Counted from the stretch's first letter, positions 6,575 to 15,455 are shown. The stretch: DNA of 18,129 nt from Candidatus Odinarchaeia archaeon (GCA_029856525.1 JAHQXC010000022.1:1-18129); one strand, 5' to 3'. The notes: generated by a model from the sequence alone, not told the origin. Program-made: numbers and translations.

Positions 6575-8641
6575 ATGTCTCTGAGCGTTGATGAGGTTAT
6601 AAACAAGATTAGCGCGAAAGTGAAGATATCTAGACAGGATCTTTTAGATAAGATTAGAGCTAAGAAGAACGAGCTAGGCGGTTTAATAACAGATGAAGGC
6701 GCCGCTTATATCATCGCGAAAGAACTCGGCGTTAACGTGTTCGAAGATCAAACTAGAATAGAACATAAATTGAGAATAGCCGATCTCATACCTGGAATGA
6801 ACAGTGTCTCCGTAACCGGGGTTGTAAAGGATCTTACACCTGTGAAAGTTTTTGATAGAGGCGGCGGTCGTAAAGGAGCTGTCGCTAGCGGTAGAATCAT
6901 GGATAATTCAGGTGAAGTCCGTATAGTTTTCTGGGATGAGAAGACGTCGAGTATTAAACAGGGGCTTGTAAGAGACGGTAGAGTTATAAAAGTTATAAGA
7001 GGGTATGTTAAAGAAGGCAGGGACGGTGAGCCTGAACTTAACGTGGGGGTTAGGTCGGAGATACTTTATCCAACTGACACGGGACTTGAACGATTATATT
7101 CAAAGCCATCCGTTATAACCGATTTCTCCGAGCTAGAGCCTGGTAGAACAGGGTTAAGCGCGGCGGGTGTTATTACAAGACTCTTCACACCTTCAACATT
7201 TACCAGAGCTGATGGCAGTGAAGGGCAGGTTATGAGTTTTATTCTCCAGGGTACCAAGGGTTCTTGTAGAGTAGTTGTTTGGGGGGATAACATCCAACTA
7301 TTCGACGGGTTGAAAGAAGGACAGTTGATTTACATTAAAAATCTGAGCAGCCGTGAAAACAGAAACGGTGAAGTTGAGCTTCACGCCTCCGGCACCGTGG
7401 AATTAGAGGTTAACCCTGATCTTAAAATAGACTTCTCGAATATTTCTCCTAATAAACCTCTTCGAATAGGTGAAATAACAGGTCGCTATTTCGACATAGA
7501 TGTTATAGGTAAAGTCTCCTCGATATTCGAAGTGAAAGAGTTTAATAGATCAGACGGTTCTCCGGGTAGAGTTCAATCAATTATTATAAGTGATAGCACA
7601 GGTTCCGTTAGAGTATCTTTCTGGGATGATAAAATTAATGATATAACAGGTTTAAAAATAGGCGATATAATAAAAATAAGCCACGCTTACACAAAGGTTG
7701 ACGACTTCGGTGTCACCGTTAACGCTGGAGCTAACAGTGTTATTGAAATAAACCCTGCCGGTGTTCTAATACCTTCAGAGTCTGAGAGTGAAAATAAGCG
7801 GATCTCAGAGATTACAACCGAATCGTTTAACATTTCAGTTATAGGTAAAGTTGTTCAAATATATGATTTAAAAGAGTTTAATAGATCTGACGGTTCAACC
7901 GGTAAAGTTTTAAGCATGATAATCGCTGATGAAACCGGCTTTATAAGAACTGTTGCATGGGGTAAATCAGCTGAATTTCTAGCAGGTTTAAAGATAGGGG
8001 ATATAATTCAAGTTAAAGGCGGTTATACTAAAACAGGTTTAAACAACAGTCTCGAATTACATTTAGGGGAGTCGACAGTAATCTCTATAAACCCGCCTGG
8101 AGTTGAAATATCTCCTATAAGCTTTGATAAACCTGCTAGCAGCGTGACAGTTTTTCAGAGAAAGAAAATCTCTGAGCTTCAACCCATGGATAAAGTTGAG
8201 GTTATAGGCACAATCGTATATGTTTTCGGAAAAAATATAGTTTACCCTGCATGCCCATCATGTTTTAGGAAGGCGGCTAAAACTGATACAGGTTGGGTTT
8301 GCGATAATTGCGGTGGAATAAGCGAAGTGAATTACCGTATAGTTTTAAGTGTGACATTAGATGACGGTTCAGGTACGATTAGAGCTAATCTAATCGGCAG
8401 CTCAGCTGAAACTATTCTAGGCGTCTCCGCGGCTGCTCTTCAAAATTTAATAGAGGAGGGTAAAGAAGCTGAAGTCAACGCGCTCACTCAATCACTTATA
8501 GCTAAAACATATGTTTTCGGAGGTAAAGTTATTTTCAGCGATTTCTCCCAGGATAATGAGTTGAATGTAACTTATATACGCCCTGTTGAACCTGAAAAAG
8601 AGGTTAAAGACCTGTTAGGATACTTTAACGGTAGAGAATGA
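6575..8641 (+). CDS. rpa: Replication protein A (ssDNA-binding): N-terminal helical domain, five OB folds, C4 zinc ribbon in the last fold
   Basis: Repeated OB motifs (VxGxV...F.RxDG..G.V...i.DxTG.iRv..W) and CPSC...CDNC within the C-terminal OB fold. Confidence 0.9.
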   Translation: MSLSVDEVINKISAKVKISRQDLLDKIRAKKNELGGLITDEGAAYIIAKELGVNVFEDQTRIEHKLRIADLIPGMNSVSVTGVVKDLTPVKVFDRGGGRKGAVASGRIMDNSGEVRIVFWDEKTSSIKQGLVRDGRVIKVIRGYVKEGRDGEPELNVGVRSEILYPTDTGLERLYSKPSVITDFSELEPGRTGLSAAGVITRLFTPSTFTRADGSEGQVMSFILQGTKGSCRVVVWGDNIQLFDGLKEGQLIYIKNLSSRENRNGEVELHASGTVELEVNPDLKIDFSNISPNKPLRIGEITGRYFDIDVIGKVSSIFEVKEFNRSDGSPGRVQSIIISDSTGSVRVSFWDDKINDITGLKIGDIIKISHAYTKVDDFGVTVNAGANSVIEINPAGVLIPSESESENKRISEITTESFNISVIGKVVQIYDLKEFNRSDGSTGKVLSMIIADETGFIRTVAWGKSAEFLAGLKIGDIIQVKGGYTKTGLNNSLELHLGESTVISINPPGVEISPISFDKPASSVTVFQRKKISELQPMDKVEVIGTIVYVFGKNIVYPACPSCFRKAAKTDTGWVCDNCGGISEVNYRIVLSVTLDDGSGTIRANLIGSSAETILGVSAAALQNLIEEGKEAEVNALTQSLIAKTYVFGGKVIFSDFSQDNELNVTYIRPVEPEKEVKDLLGYFNGRE
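7502..7896 (+). repeat. Internal 336-nt-period duplication in rpa (OB folds 3 and 4)
   Basis: 7502-7515 equals 7838-7851 (14/14) and 7535-7560 matches 7871-7896 (25/26). A further similar block lies at 7649 vs 7985. All offsets are 336 nt. Confidence 0.85.
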
Positions 8642-8650
8642 TTTAAAATT

Positions 8651-9946
8651 TTAAGATGCAAGCTGCTTGAGAGCCTCTACCGCTGTATCTATCTCGTCGA
8701 AGGTATTATAGTAGTGAAATGAAATCCTAACATTCCCATTATAAGCATCATCTATTCCAAGCCATCGCAAAGCAGGTATCGCGCAATGATATCCGGCTCT
8801 CGTCAGTATCCTCCATTTTTCATCTAAAGCCAGTGATAGGTCGTGTGAACTCCAGCCTTTTAAGTTAAACGTCACCACTCCTGTTTTCAAATCATCCTCC
8901 ATAGGGCCGTATACTTCTAAACCTTTAATTTTACTCATCTCGTTAAGCAGGTATCCTGTTAGCTTCCTCTCAGTTTCATGAATTCTTTTCAAACCTATTC
9001 TAGAAATATATCGAGCAGCCTCCCCTAAACCGATTAAACCTAAAATATTCGGTGAACCTGCATCGAATCTTTTAGAAGGATAATCGCGTCTAAGCTCGTA
9101 ATAATCTTCAGTCACATTTACGATTATCCCCCCTCCTATTTCAATAGGTTCAAGCTCTTCGATAATATCTTTTCTAACATATAATCCTCCAGTACCCGCC
9201 GGTCCTAGAGGTCCTTTATGCCCTGAAAACCCGTAGAAGTCGCATCCTATATCCTCCACGTCTACAGGCATGTGACCTGGGCCTTGAGAGCCGTCTATGT
9301 AGATTAAACACTCAGGGTTGACTTCTCTAACAGCTTTAACTATAGATTTAACATCGTTAACTGTTCCGAAGACATTAGACGCGTGTTGAAACGCTAAAAC
9401 ACGCGTCTTCGACGTGATATTATCTAAAACAGCCTCGGTTGTTATCAAACCGGTTTTAGGGAGATTTTTAATAATTTTGAAAACAGCTTTCTTATAGTAA
9501 GCTAACCTCATCCAAGGTAGTATGTTACTATGATGCTCCACTATCGTTGTCACTATTTCATCCCCTTTCCTCCAATTTATTAAAGGCTTTTTACTTGTCA
9601 ACCTGTGGTTTTCAACTGTTAAAGCAGGGTTTCCTAAAGCGTAAGCTACTATATTCGTTGCCTGTGTGAGATTCCTAGTAAAGATTAGATTTCTCGGATC
9701 GCAGTTAAGTAGTATTCTTGCAACATCACTTCTAGCCTTATCCCACTCATCTGTCACCCGGTTAGCTATAGAATAAGCCCCTCGCTCAATATTCGCGCAA
9801 TACTCTCTAAGATACTCCTCCATTTTCCGGATAACTGGAAGCGGTACAGGTGTAGTAGCAGCGTTATCAAAATAAATATACTCTTTCGTTAAAGGTATAT
9901 CCGCTCTCACCTGCTCAACTGAAAGATAACCGCCGCTCTCATCCAT
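8651..9946 (-). CDS. sufS: Cysteine desulfurase, SufS/CsdA-like (class V PLP enzyme)
   Basis: Motifs YFDNAATT, EHHSNILPW, DGSQGPGH, FSGHKG (PLP lysine) and RAGYHCA (persulfide Cys). Confidence 0.9.
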   Translation of the reverse strand: MDESGGYLSVEQVRADIPLTKEYIYFDNAATTPVPLPVIRKMEEYLREYCANIERGAYSIANRVTDEWDKARSDVARILLNCDPRNLIFTRNLTQATNIVAYALGNPALTVENHRLTSKKPLINWRKGDEIVTTIVEHHSNILPWMRLAYYKKAVFKIIKNLPKTGLITTEAVLDNITSKTRVLAFQHASNVFGTVNDVKSIVKAVREVNPECLIYIDGSQGPGHMPVDVEDIGCDFYGFSGHKGPLGPAGTGGLYVRKDIIEELEPIEIGGGIIVNVTEDYYELRRDYPSKRFDAGSPNILGLIGLGEAARYISRIGLKRIHETERKLTGYLLNEMSKIKGLEVYGPMEDDLKTGVVTFNLKGWSSHDLSLALDEKWRILTRAGYHCAIPALRWLGIDDAYNGNVRISFHYYNTFDEIDTAVEALKQLAS

Positions 9947-10004
9947 AATTTAATCTCATAACTTTTATTACTTATAAAATATTTTAAAAAATGATGGGGA
10001 TTAA

Positions 10005-10223
10005 ATGAGCGAAAGCGACGTTGATATTGTAGCTATTAAAATAATAGAGTTGTTAAAAAAAGCAGGCCGCCCTTTAACAACAAGGCAAATAGAAGAGGAG
10101 ATAAATAAACTAGGTTTAAAATGCCCTGACACCCCTGCCAGATATCTCAACCAGCTTCGTTTAAAAGGAGTGATTAAAGGCGAACTCTCGGTAGGTGAGA
10201 AAAGCTGGATTTGGTTTATATAA
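10005..10223 (+). CDS. Small winged helix-turn-helix-like protein
   Basis: IIELLKKAGRPLTTRQI...CPD..ARYLNQLRLKGVIKG pattern with a C-terminal beta-hairpin (SWIW); GGGA Shine-Dalgarno-like sequence upstream. Confidence 0.7.
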   Translation: MSESDVDIVAIKIIELLKKAGRPLTTRQIEEEINKLGLKCPDTPARYLNQLRLKGVIKGELSVGEKSWIWFI

Positions 10224-10435
10224 ATCCGCTGCCAGAGTGAAGCTTGAACCCCTCCGGCGCAGTCTCATATTACAGTAAGCGATCCTAGGTTTAATTTTAC
10301 AGGTAAACATGTTTTAAATCATTCTTCTAATATTTTCAACACTTCTTAAACTTCTAAGCGTGCTCCTACCAGGCTTCGTCTCCAGGGTTTTAAATTCAGC
10401 TTATCTCATGTCTACTCAAAAATATTATAAGAGAA

Positions 10436-10451
10436 AAGAGTATATACTCTT
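10436..10451. other. Perfect 16-nt palindrome AAGAGTATATACTCTT; on the minus strand it is the intron-side stem of a BHB-like motif
   Basis: Seen directly. Its function (protein-binding site or RNA hairpin) is unresolved. Confidence 0.5.
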
Positions 10452-10544
10452 ATCATCTCTCATCCCCTCCCTATCGAAGAGAATTCTCGCTAGCGGAGTT
10501 AAAAATATTAGAGTATTTAACTATAGTTTATAGGGGGAATATTA

Positions 10545-10808
10545 TTGGGTCGCCGTAAAACTAAGAAGATTGTTGTAAGACCTAAACCGAAAGTACCGAC
10601 TGTATTCAACTGTCCGGCGTGCGGTAAGAAAGCTGTTAAAGTAGAGATATCTAAGACTGAGAAGACTGCTACTGTTAAATGCGGTGCATGTAAAATGGAG
10701 TTAACTATTCCAGCTCACGCGCTTATGGAGCCTGTTGACGCTTACGGAGAGTTCGTCGACGCTTTTAAAAGAGCTGAGATTAAACCTGAAATATCCGCTG
10801 AAGAATAG
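10545..10808 (+). CDS. elf1: Transcription elongation factor Elf1 homolog
   Basis: MGRRK N-terminus, FNCPACG...VKCGAC zinc ribbon and EPVDAYGEFVD; TTG start with a GGGGG Shine-Dalgarno-like sequence. Confidence 0.92.
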   Translation: MGRRKTKKIVVRPKPKVPTVFNCPACGKKAVKVEISKTEKTATVKCGACKMELTIPAHALMEPVDAYGEFVDAFKRAEIKPEISAEE

Positions 10809-10811
10809 CGC

Positions 10812-11312
10812 TTACAGATTCCTCTTCCTCATATTTTTTGAAGCTGTTGAAGCGATTCTGCTTATATTAGGCCACATTCTCCCTTTCCAGAAAACTTTAT
10901 TACATTTATGACAATACCAGAAGTTTCTATTACCACGTCTAAGAAGGGGTGGTATAAGCGCCCGGACACTATCTATATTGGAAACCTTCACTAATCTACT
11001 GTTACATACCGAACATCTTGAATTATCAGGGTCTAATTTAAGATTTAAATTCAATTTTTTACCTATATAAGCGAGCTGTCGGATTATATTCTCGTAAGGT
11101 ATTAGAATAGATTTTAAACCCGCTTCAACGACACGTGTATAAAGCTGTCTATCTCTTGTGAGCAGAATTCTAATCTTACAATCGGCGAGTAAATTAATAA
11201 TCTCCTCGTCTTCTATATCCCTCTGGTAGAGTGTATCATACCCTAATACTCTAAGCCATCTGCTTAAACGCCCTAGCATGCTATCGCATATGAATGAAGG
11301 CTTCTCATCCAT
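10812..11312 (-). CDS. Mut7-C RNase domain protein (PIN-like fold plus Zn ribbon, DUF82)
   Basis: Motifs FICDSMLGRLSRWLRVLGYDT, LLTRD, RCSVCN and CHKCNKVFWKG. Confidence 0.9.
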   Translation of the reverse strand: MDEKPSFICDSMLGRLSRWLRVLGYDTLYQRDIEDEEIINLLADCKIRILLTRDRQLYTRVVEAGLKSILIPYENIIRQLAYIGKKLNLNLKLDPDNSRCSVCNSRLVKVSNIDSVRALIPPLLRRGNRNFWYCHKCNKVFWKGRMWPNISRIASTASKNMRKRNL

Positions 11313-11396
11313 TTCAAAACCTTTCGAATAGTTTATTTAATATAATATCTATAACTATACTCGTAAAATATAATAATATTATGTGACGGTGATTGC

Positions 11397-12041
11397 TTGT
11401 CGTTAACCCTGGATGAAGGCCGTTTTCTAATAAGACTAGCCAGAGATGCTATAAAAGAGTACGTCTCTAATAAAAAAGAGTTGAAACCCCCTCATCAGTT
11501 ATCTAAAACTTTAACTGAGAAAAGAGGAGTTTTCGTTACCCTTTACAATATTTCAACCGGTGAAAAACAACTAAGAGGATGCATCGGTTTCCCTTACCCT
11601 CATCTGCCTTTAGTGGAGGCTACTATTAAAGCAGCGATAAGCGCGGCTACTAAAGATTATCGTTTCTACCCGCCTTACGGTCCAGGCCCTGTTACCCTCA
11701 AAGAGCTCTCTGAGATAATTATAGAAGTTAGTGTTTTAACTAAACCGGAGCTTTTAACAGTTAAAACACCGCGTGAATACCCTAAGCTAATCACTATAGG
11801 AAGAGACGGGTTAATAGTTGAAGCTGGAATGTTTTCCGGTTTACTTTTACCCCAGGTAGCCGTCGAATACGGTTGGAGTTCAGAGGAATTTCTATCCCAC
11901 TGCTGTCAGAAGGCGGGGCTACTAGCCGACTGCTGGCTTGACGAGAAGACTAAAATCTACAAGTTTCAAGCGCAAATATTCTCTGAGAGAAAACCTGGCG
12001 GTGAAGATGTGGCTGAGGAATCACACTCAGCTTGCAGTTGA
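11397..12041 (+). CDS. AMMECR1-domain protein
   Basis: Motifs RGVFVTL, LRGCIG, EVSVLT, GRDGLIV and GLLLPQVAVEYGW...KAGL; GGTGA Shine-Dalgarno before the TTG. Confidence 0.92.
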   Translation: MSLTLDEGRFLIRLARDAIKEYVSNKKELKPPHQLSKTLTEKRGVFVTLYNISTGEKQLRGCIGFPYPHLPLVEATIKAAISAATKDYRFYPPYGPGPVTLKELSEIIIEVSVLTKPELLTVKTPREYPKLITIGRDGLIVEAGMFSGLLLPQVAVEYGWSSEEFLSHCCQKAGLLADCWLDEKTKIYKFQAQIFSERKPGGEDVAEESHSACS

Positions 12042-12065
12042 AAGCTATGTTAAACCACCGGCAGC

Positions 12066-13256
12066 TTATTTAGCATACTGGTCAATTCTCTCTATAATCG
12101 TATTCACGGCGTTGAATTTTGAAACAGCTTTTTGAATAACCGCTATTCTCTTATTAATACGGGAACTGTTTAAAACATTCTCGATAGCGTTGAGAAGCGT
12201 TTTATAATTCACTTCATTTTGCTGGAGGACGCACGCAGCCCCCATCTGCATCACGGATTTAGCGTTACCTTGATGCTCAGTGTGAGCTGGTGTTGGTATG
12301 AGTATCATAGGTTTACCGTAATAGAAGCACTCAGCTATCGTGTTATGACCGGCTCTCGATATTACAAGATCAGCTGATTTAAGAATACTATACCTGTCGC
12401 TTACCCAATTGTAAATTTTAATATTCCCGCTTTCATATACAGGTTTATCCGCTTCCCCGGGGATGCCTTTAGTAAATATAACCTGGTATTTATCAGGTAA
12501 TTTCACTAAAATATCTTCGAGAATTCTTATAAGATTCATTCGCTCAATTAATGTACCCGCTACACCCGCGTAAATTAGAGGTCTATCATCTAAACCTAGT
12601 TCTCTTCTAATCTCCTCTTTTTCAGGCAACTCCTCCGGTCTCCTACTTATCACTTGACCTATAAACTCGACTTTTCGAAGCATTTTACCAGGTACATTCA
12701 AATTATCTTTCGCTATCGTATAAGGAAACGGGAAGTCCGGTGCGAGAATACGATTACTAGCACTCCAGAAAATATTCGTATCATACATTATTATATCTTC
12801 ACCGAACTTCTTCAATTTTCTTTGAAAAGGTGTAAGCTCTTTTCTATGAGGTATAAGCATTCTTATCTGGTGTAGTAGTAGAAGTCTAGGGATGTCTAGG
12901 AGCGCTCCCGCGAATAAGGGTGAAAGCCTAGAATCTGATATTATGATGTCTGGTTTAAATTTTTTCAGATTAACTATTTCACTTTTAACTTGTTTTAGAA
13001 AGGTTGCGATATGCAACGGCCATTTTAAACTTGTTTGAAGCATTGCAACGCTTCCATCCTCGGTTTCCTCGAATTTAAGCGGCGGCGTTTTCAAAACTTT
13101 GAACCCGGCTGATTGAATGAATCCGACAGCGTCACCGTAAGTTGAAAAAACCACTTTGTCCCCTCTTTCTAGAAGTTTTCTAGCCGCTGGAATACATCTA
13201 CCAGCATGCCCTAAAGCTATGCCATTAGGAGTGAAGTAAACTCTGCGCGAAGTCAT
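12066..13256 (-). CDS. GT-B glycosyltransferase, MurG/GT28-like
   Basis: Motifs GIALGHAGRC, DIIISDS, VISRAGHNTIAE, GKPMILIP and EHQGNA. Confidence 0.82.
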   Translation of the reverse strand: MTSRRVYFTPNGIALGHAGRCIPAARKLLERGDKVVFSTYGDAVGFIQSAGFKVLKTPPLKFEETEDGSVAMLQTSLKWPLHIATFLKQVKSEIVNLKKFKPDIIISDSRLSPLFAGALLDIPRLLLLHQIRMLIPHRKELTPFQRKLKKFGEDIIMYDTNIFWSASNRILAPDFPFPYTIAKDNLNVPGKMLRKVEFIGQVISRRPEELPEKEEIRRELGLDDRPLIYAGVAGTLIERMNLIRILEDILVKLPDKYQVIFTKGIPGEADKPVYESGNIKIYNWVSDRYSILKSADLVISRAGHNTIAECFYYGKPMILIPTPAHTEHQGNAKSVMQMGAACVLQQNEVNYKTLLNAIENVLNSSRINKRIAVIQKAVSKFNAVNTIIERIDQYAK

Positions 13257-13379
13257 TGGAATCCACCGGTTAGTAATCTGGTTCCCTGGAATATTTAATC
13301 TTATAGAGTAAAAATATATTAGGTTGATTGAATATTTGATAGTGTCCTATAAAAGTTTACTCTCAGATATAGCTGAACG

Positions 13380-14525
13380 GTGGTTTTAATGTCACAGCGG
13401 TTTCAAGTTACACCCTGGGAGGTAACAGGGGTTGTAGACTATGATAAACTGGTAGAAGATTTCGGAACGGAGAGGATTACACCTCAACTTTTAAAAGAAA
13501 TAGAAAATATTACAGGGGAGCTTCACCCGCTGCTTAGAAGAGGCTTCTTCTTCTCTCACAGAGATCTCCCCCAGGTTTTAGAAGCTTATAGGAAGGGTGA
13601 AGGCTTCTTCTTATACACTGGTAGAGGTCCAACAGGTCATATGCATCTCGGCCACTTAATCCCGTTTCTATTCGTTAAATGGCTTCAAGATAAGTTTAAA
13701 GTACCAGTTATAATCCAGATAACAGATGACGAGAAATTTTTATATAGAGAAGAGTTCACTCTCGAAACAACACGTAAGTACGCGATGGAAAATATTTACG
13801 ATATCATCGCCTGCGGTTTCAACCCTGATTTAACTTTCATCTTTCAAGACAGTGAATACACTAATTTTTACCCTCTCGCTGTTAAAATAGCTAAAAAAAT
13901 AACTTTCTCGACTGTTAAAGCGGTTTTCGGCTTTAAAAATGAAACAAACATAGGGCTGATATTTTTCCCAGCTATTCAAGCGATGCCTTGCTTTCTACTA
14001 GAGAAACAGTGCCTTATTCCAGCCGCTATAGATCAGGACCCTTATTGGCGTGTTCAACGAGACATAGCGCCTAAACTCGGGTACCCGAAAACCGCAGCCA
14101 TACACAGCAAGTTTCTACCAGGACTTGAGGGTCCGGCTGGTAAAATGAGCGCTTCTAAAGAGCAGACAGCTATATATTTAACAGACAACCCTGAGACTGT
14201 TCGGAGAAAAATAATTAAATACGCTTTCACCGGAGGCCAACCCTCGATAGCAGAGCAACGGGAGAAAGGCGGTAACCCTGATGTGTGTACCGTATTTCAA
14301 TGGTTGAAGACTCTTCTAGAACCAGATGATAATAGTGTTAGAAAAAGAGAGAGTATGTGTCTATCAGGTCAACTGATCTGCGGTGAGTGTAAGAATTATC
14401 TTTCAGATAAGTTAATTGAGTTTCTCTCCGATCATCAGCAGAGAAGGCTTGAAGCTAAAAAACAGGTTGATCTATTCAAATACACTGGTGCTTTAGCGAG
14501 AGAATTATGGAGTAAAAAATGGTAG
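13380..14525 (+). CDS. trpS: Tryptophanyl-tRNA synthetase (archaeal/eukaryote-like)
   Basis: Motifs VTPWEV, YTGRGP, HLGH (HIGH), AIDQDPYWR and KMSAS (KMSKS). Start is GTG at 13380 or ATG at 13389. Confidence 0.96.
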   Translation: MVLMSQRFQVTPWEVTGVVDYDKLVEDFGTERITPQLLKEIENITGELHPLLRRGFFFSHRDLPQVLEAYRKGEGFFLYTGRGPTGHMHLGHLIPFLFVKWLQDKFKVPVIIQITDDEKFLYREEFTLETTRKYAMENIYDIIACGFNPDLTFIFQDSEYTNFYPLAVKIAKKITFSTVKAVFGFKNETNIGLIFFPAIQAMPCFLLEKQCLIPAAIDQDPYWRVQRDIAPKLGYPKTAAIHSKFLPGLEGPAGKMSASKEQTAIYLTDNPETVRRKIIKYAFTGGQPSIAEQREKGGNPDVCTVFQWLKTLLEPDDNSVRKRESMCLSGQLICGECKNYLSDKLIEFLSDHQQRRLEAKKQVDLFKYTGALARELWSKKW

Positions 14526-14547
14526 TTTTTAAACAGGTCACTGTGAA

Positions 14548-15192
14548 TTATATACTTAACGCGATTATCTCACTTGTTTCAGGAAGCGTCTCCTTACTGA
14601 TCTCTAAGAAGTTAACTCCGAGACGCCGCGCCTCAGCTTTACCGGCTAAAAACGTGTCAACTGAGGTTAAAGGGAGATTCAACCCGCTTATTTTATAATG
14701 CATGGGTATAGCTATCTTCGGTTTAATATCATTATAAATTTTAGTCGCGCCTGAATGATCTAAAGTATAAGTGCCGCCTACTGGAACGAATAATACGTCA
14801 ACAGGCTTCACAGCTTCCACTAAATCCGAGCCTAAAACATGGCCTAAATCCCCTAAATGAAGAAATCTCACACCATCTATTACGAAAAGATATATAACAT
14901 TAACACCCCGCTGAGCGCCTTTACTAGTATCGTGAAATGTCCTGATACCTTTCACTTGAACGCCTTTAACGTTTTTGTCGCCTACAAACTCTTTAAGAAC
15001 TATCGTATCATCTTTACGGACAAGCGGCAGACCGTCTGCGTGATCGTAATGACTGTGCGTTATTAACACTATATCAGCTTTAGATTGAGGAGGCTTAATC
15101 CCTAAGCTTACACCATCGTGAGGATCAGTTACCACCGTTACACTACTTTTAATTTCAAAACACGCATGCCCCAGCCATTTAACCGTGACCAT
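14548..15192 (-). CDS. Metallo-beta-lactamase-fold hydrolase
   Basis: Motifs WLGHACF, THSHYDH, HLGDLG, VPVGG and IPMHY. Confidence 0.9.
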   Translation of the reverse strand: MVTVKWLGHACFEIKSSVTVVTDPHDGVSLGIKPPQSKADIVLITHSHYDHADGLPLVRKDDTIVLKEFVGDKNVKGVQVKGIRTFHDTSKGAQRGVNVIYLFVIDGVRFLHLGDLGHVLGSDLVEAVKPVDVLFVPVGGTYTLDHSGATKIYNDIKPKIAIPMHYKISGLNLPLTSVDTFLAGKAEARRLGVNFLEISKETLPETSEIIALSI

Positions 15193-15367
15193 TTAAACCA
15201 CCAATAATAATATGAGCTGTACACCTAATAAAACATACGCTTCAACTAATCATTAATAATTTCAGCCCGCATGAAACATAAATTATTTAGCGTAAAGTTA
15301 ATTAACTTATTAAAGTAAAAATTCAAACATTAAACGCCGAGGTGGCTCAGCCTGGTTAGAGCGCCGG

Positions 15368-15382
15368 TTCAGATGAGGCGAA
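15368..15382 (+). other. 15-nt BHB intron at position 30/31 of tRNA-Met
   Basis: Central helix CGCC/GGCG (perfect), bulges GG|U and AA|A, exon helix GAG/CUC, short intron stem UC/GA. Confidence 0.88.
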
Positions 15383-15389
15383 ACTCATA

Positions 15390-15425
15390 ATCTATCTGGT
15401 AAAAAAGGGGTCAGATAGATAGGAT
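15390..15425 (+). other. 36-nt canonical 37/38 intron of tRNA-Met
   Basis: Central helix CUCA/UAGG (one C-A mismatch), bulges UA|A and AU|A, 8-bp intron stem UCUAUCUG/CAGAUAGA. Confidence 0.88.
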
Positions 15426-15432
15426 ATCCGGA

Positions 15433-15455
15433 AACAGGATTCATAAACTGACGGA
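15433..15455 (+). other. About 23-nt intron in the 40/41-44/45 region of tRNA-Met; exact register uncertain
   Basis: A 23-nt excision is required to give a standard AGGUC variable region. The best central helix (UCCG/CGGA) instead predicts 15433-15457. Confidence 0.65.

Noticed and set aside
9575-9640. About 17-20 aa insertion in SufS (NPALTVENHRLTSKKPL) tested as an in-frame mRNA intron
   Set aside because: A GCUU/AAGC helix would give an in-frame 51-nt excision, but neither flanking helix forms and there is no stop to remove. The alternative CCUG/CAGG helix gives a frameshifting 23 nt. More likely a protein loop insertion.
10320-10463. Possible two-intron mini-gene on the minus strand (MRDDNIFE|AEFKTLETKPGRSTLRSLRSVENIRRMI, 36 aa)
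   Set aside because: The second motif depends on a UUUU/GAGA helix with two G-U pairs and no supporting stems, and the product resembles nothing I recognise.
10408-10533. 41-codon plus-strand ORF (MSTQKYYKRK...) upstream of elf1
   Set aside because: No Shine-Dalgarno, a poorly spaced TATA-like sequence and no recognisable motif.
11665-11695. Extra residues YPPYGPG in AMMECR1 tested as a 12-nt intron (GCCU/AGGC helix)
   Set aside because: Almost no flanking pairing, no stop, and the excision does not restore the usual DPRFPPV spacing.
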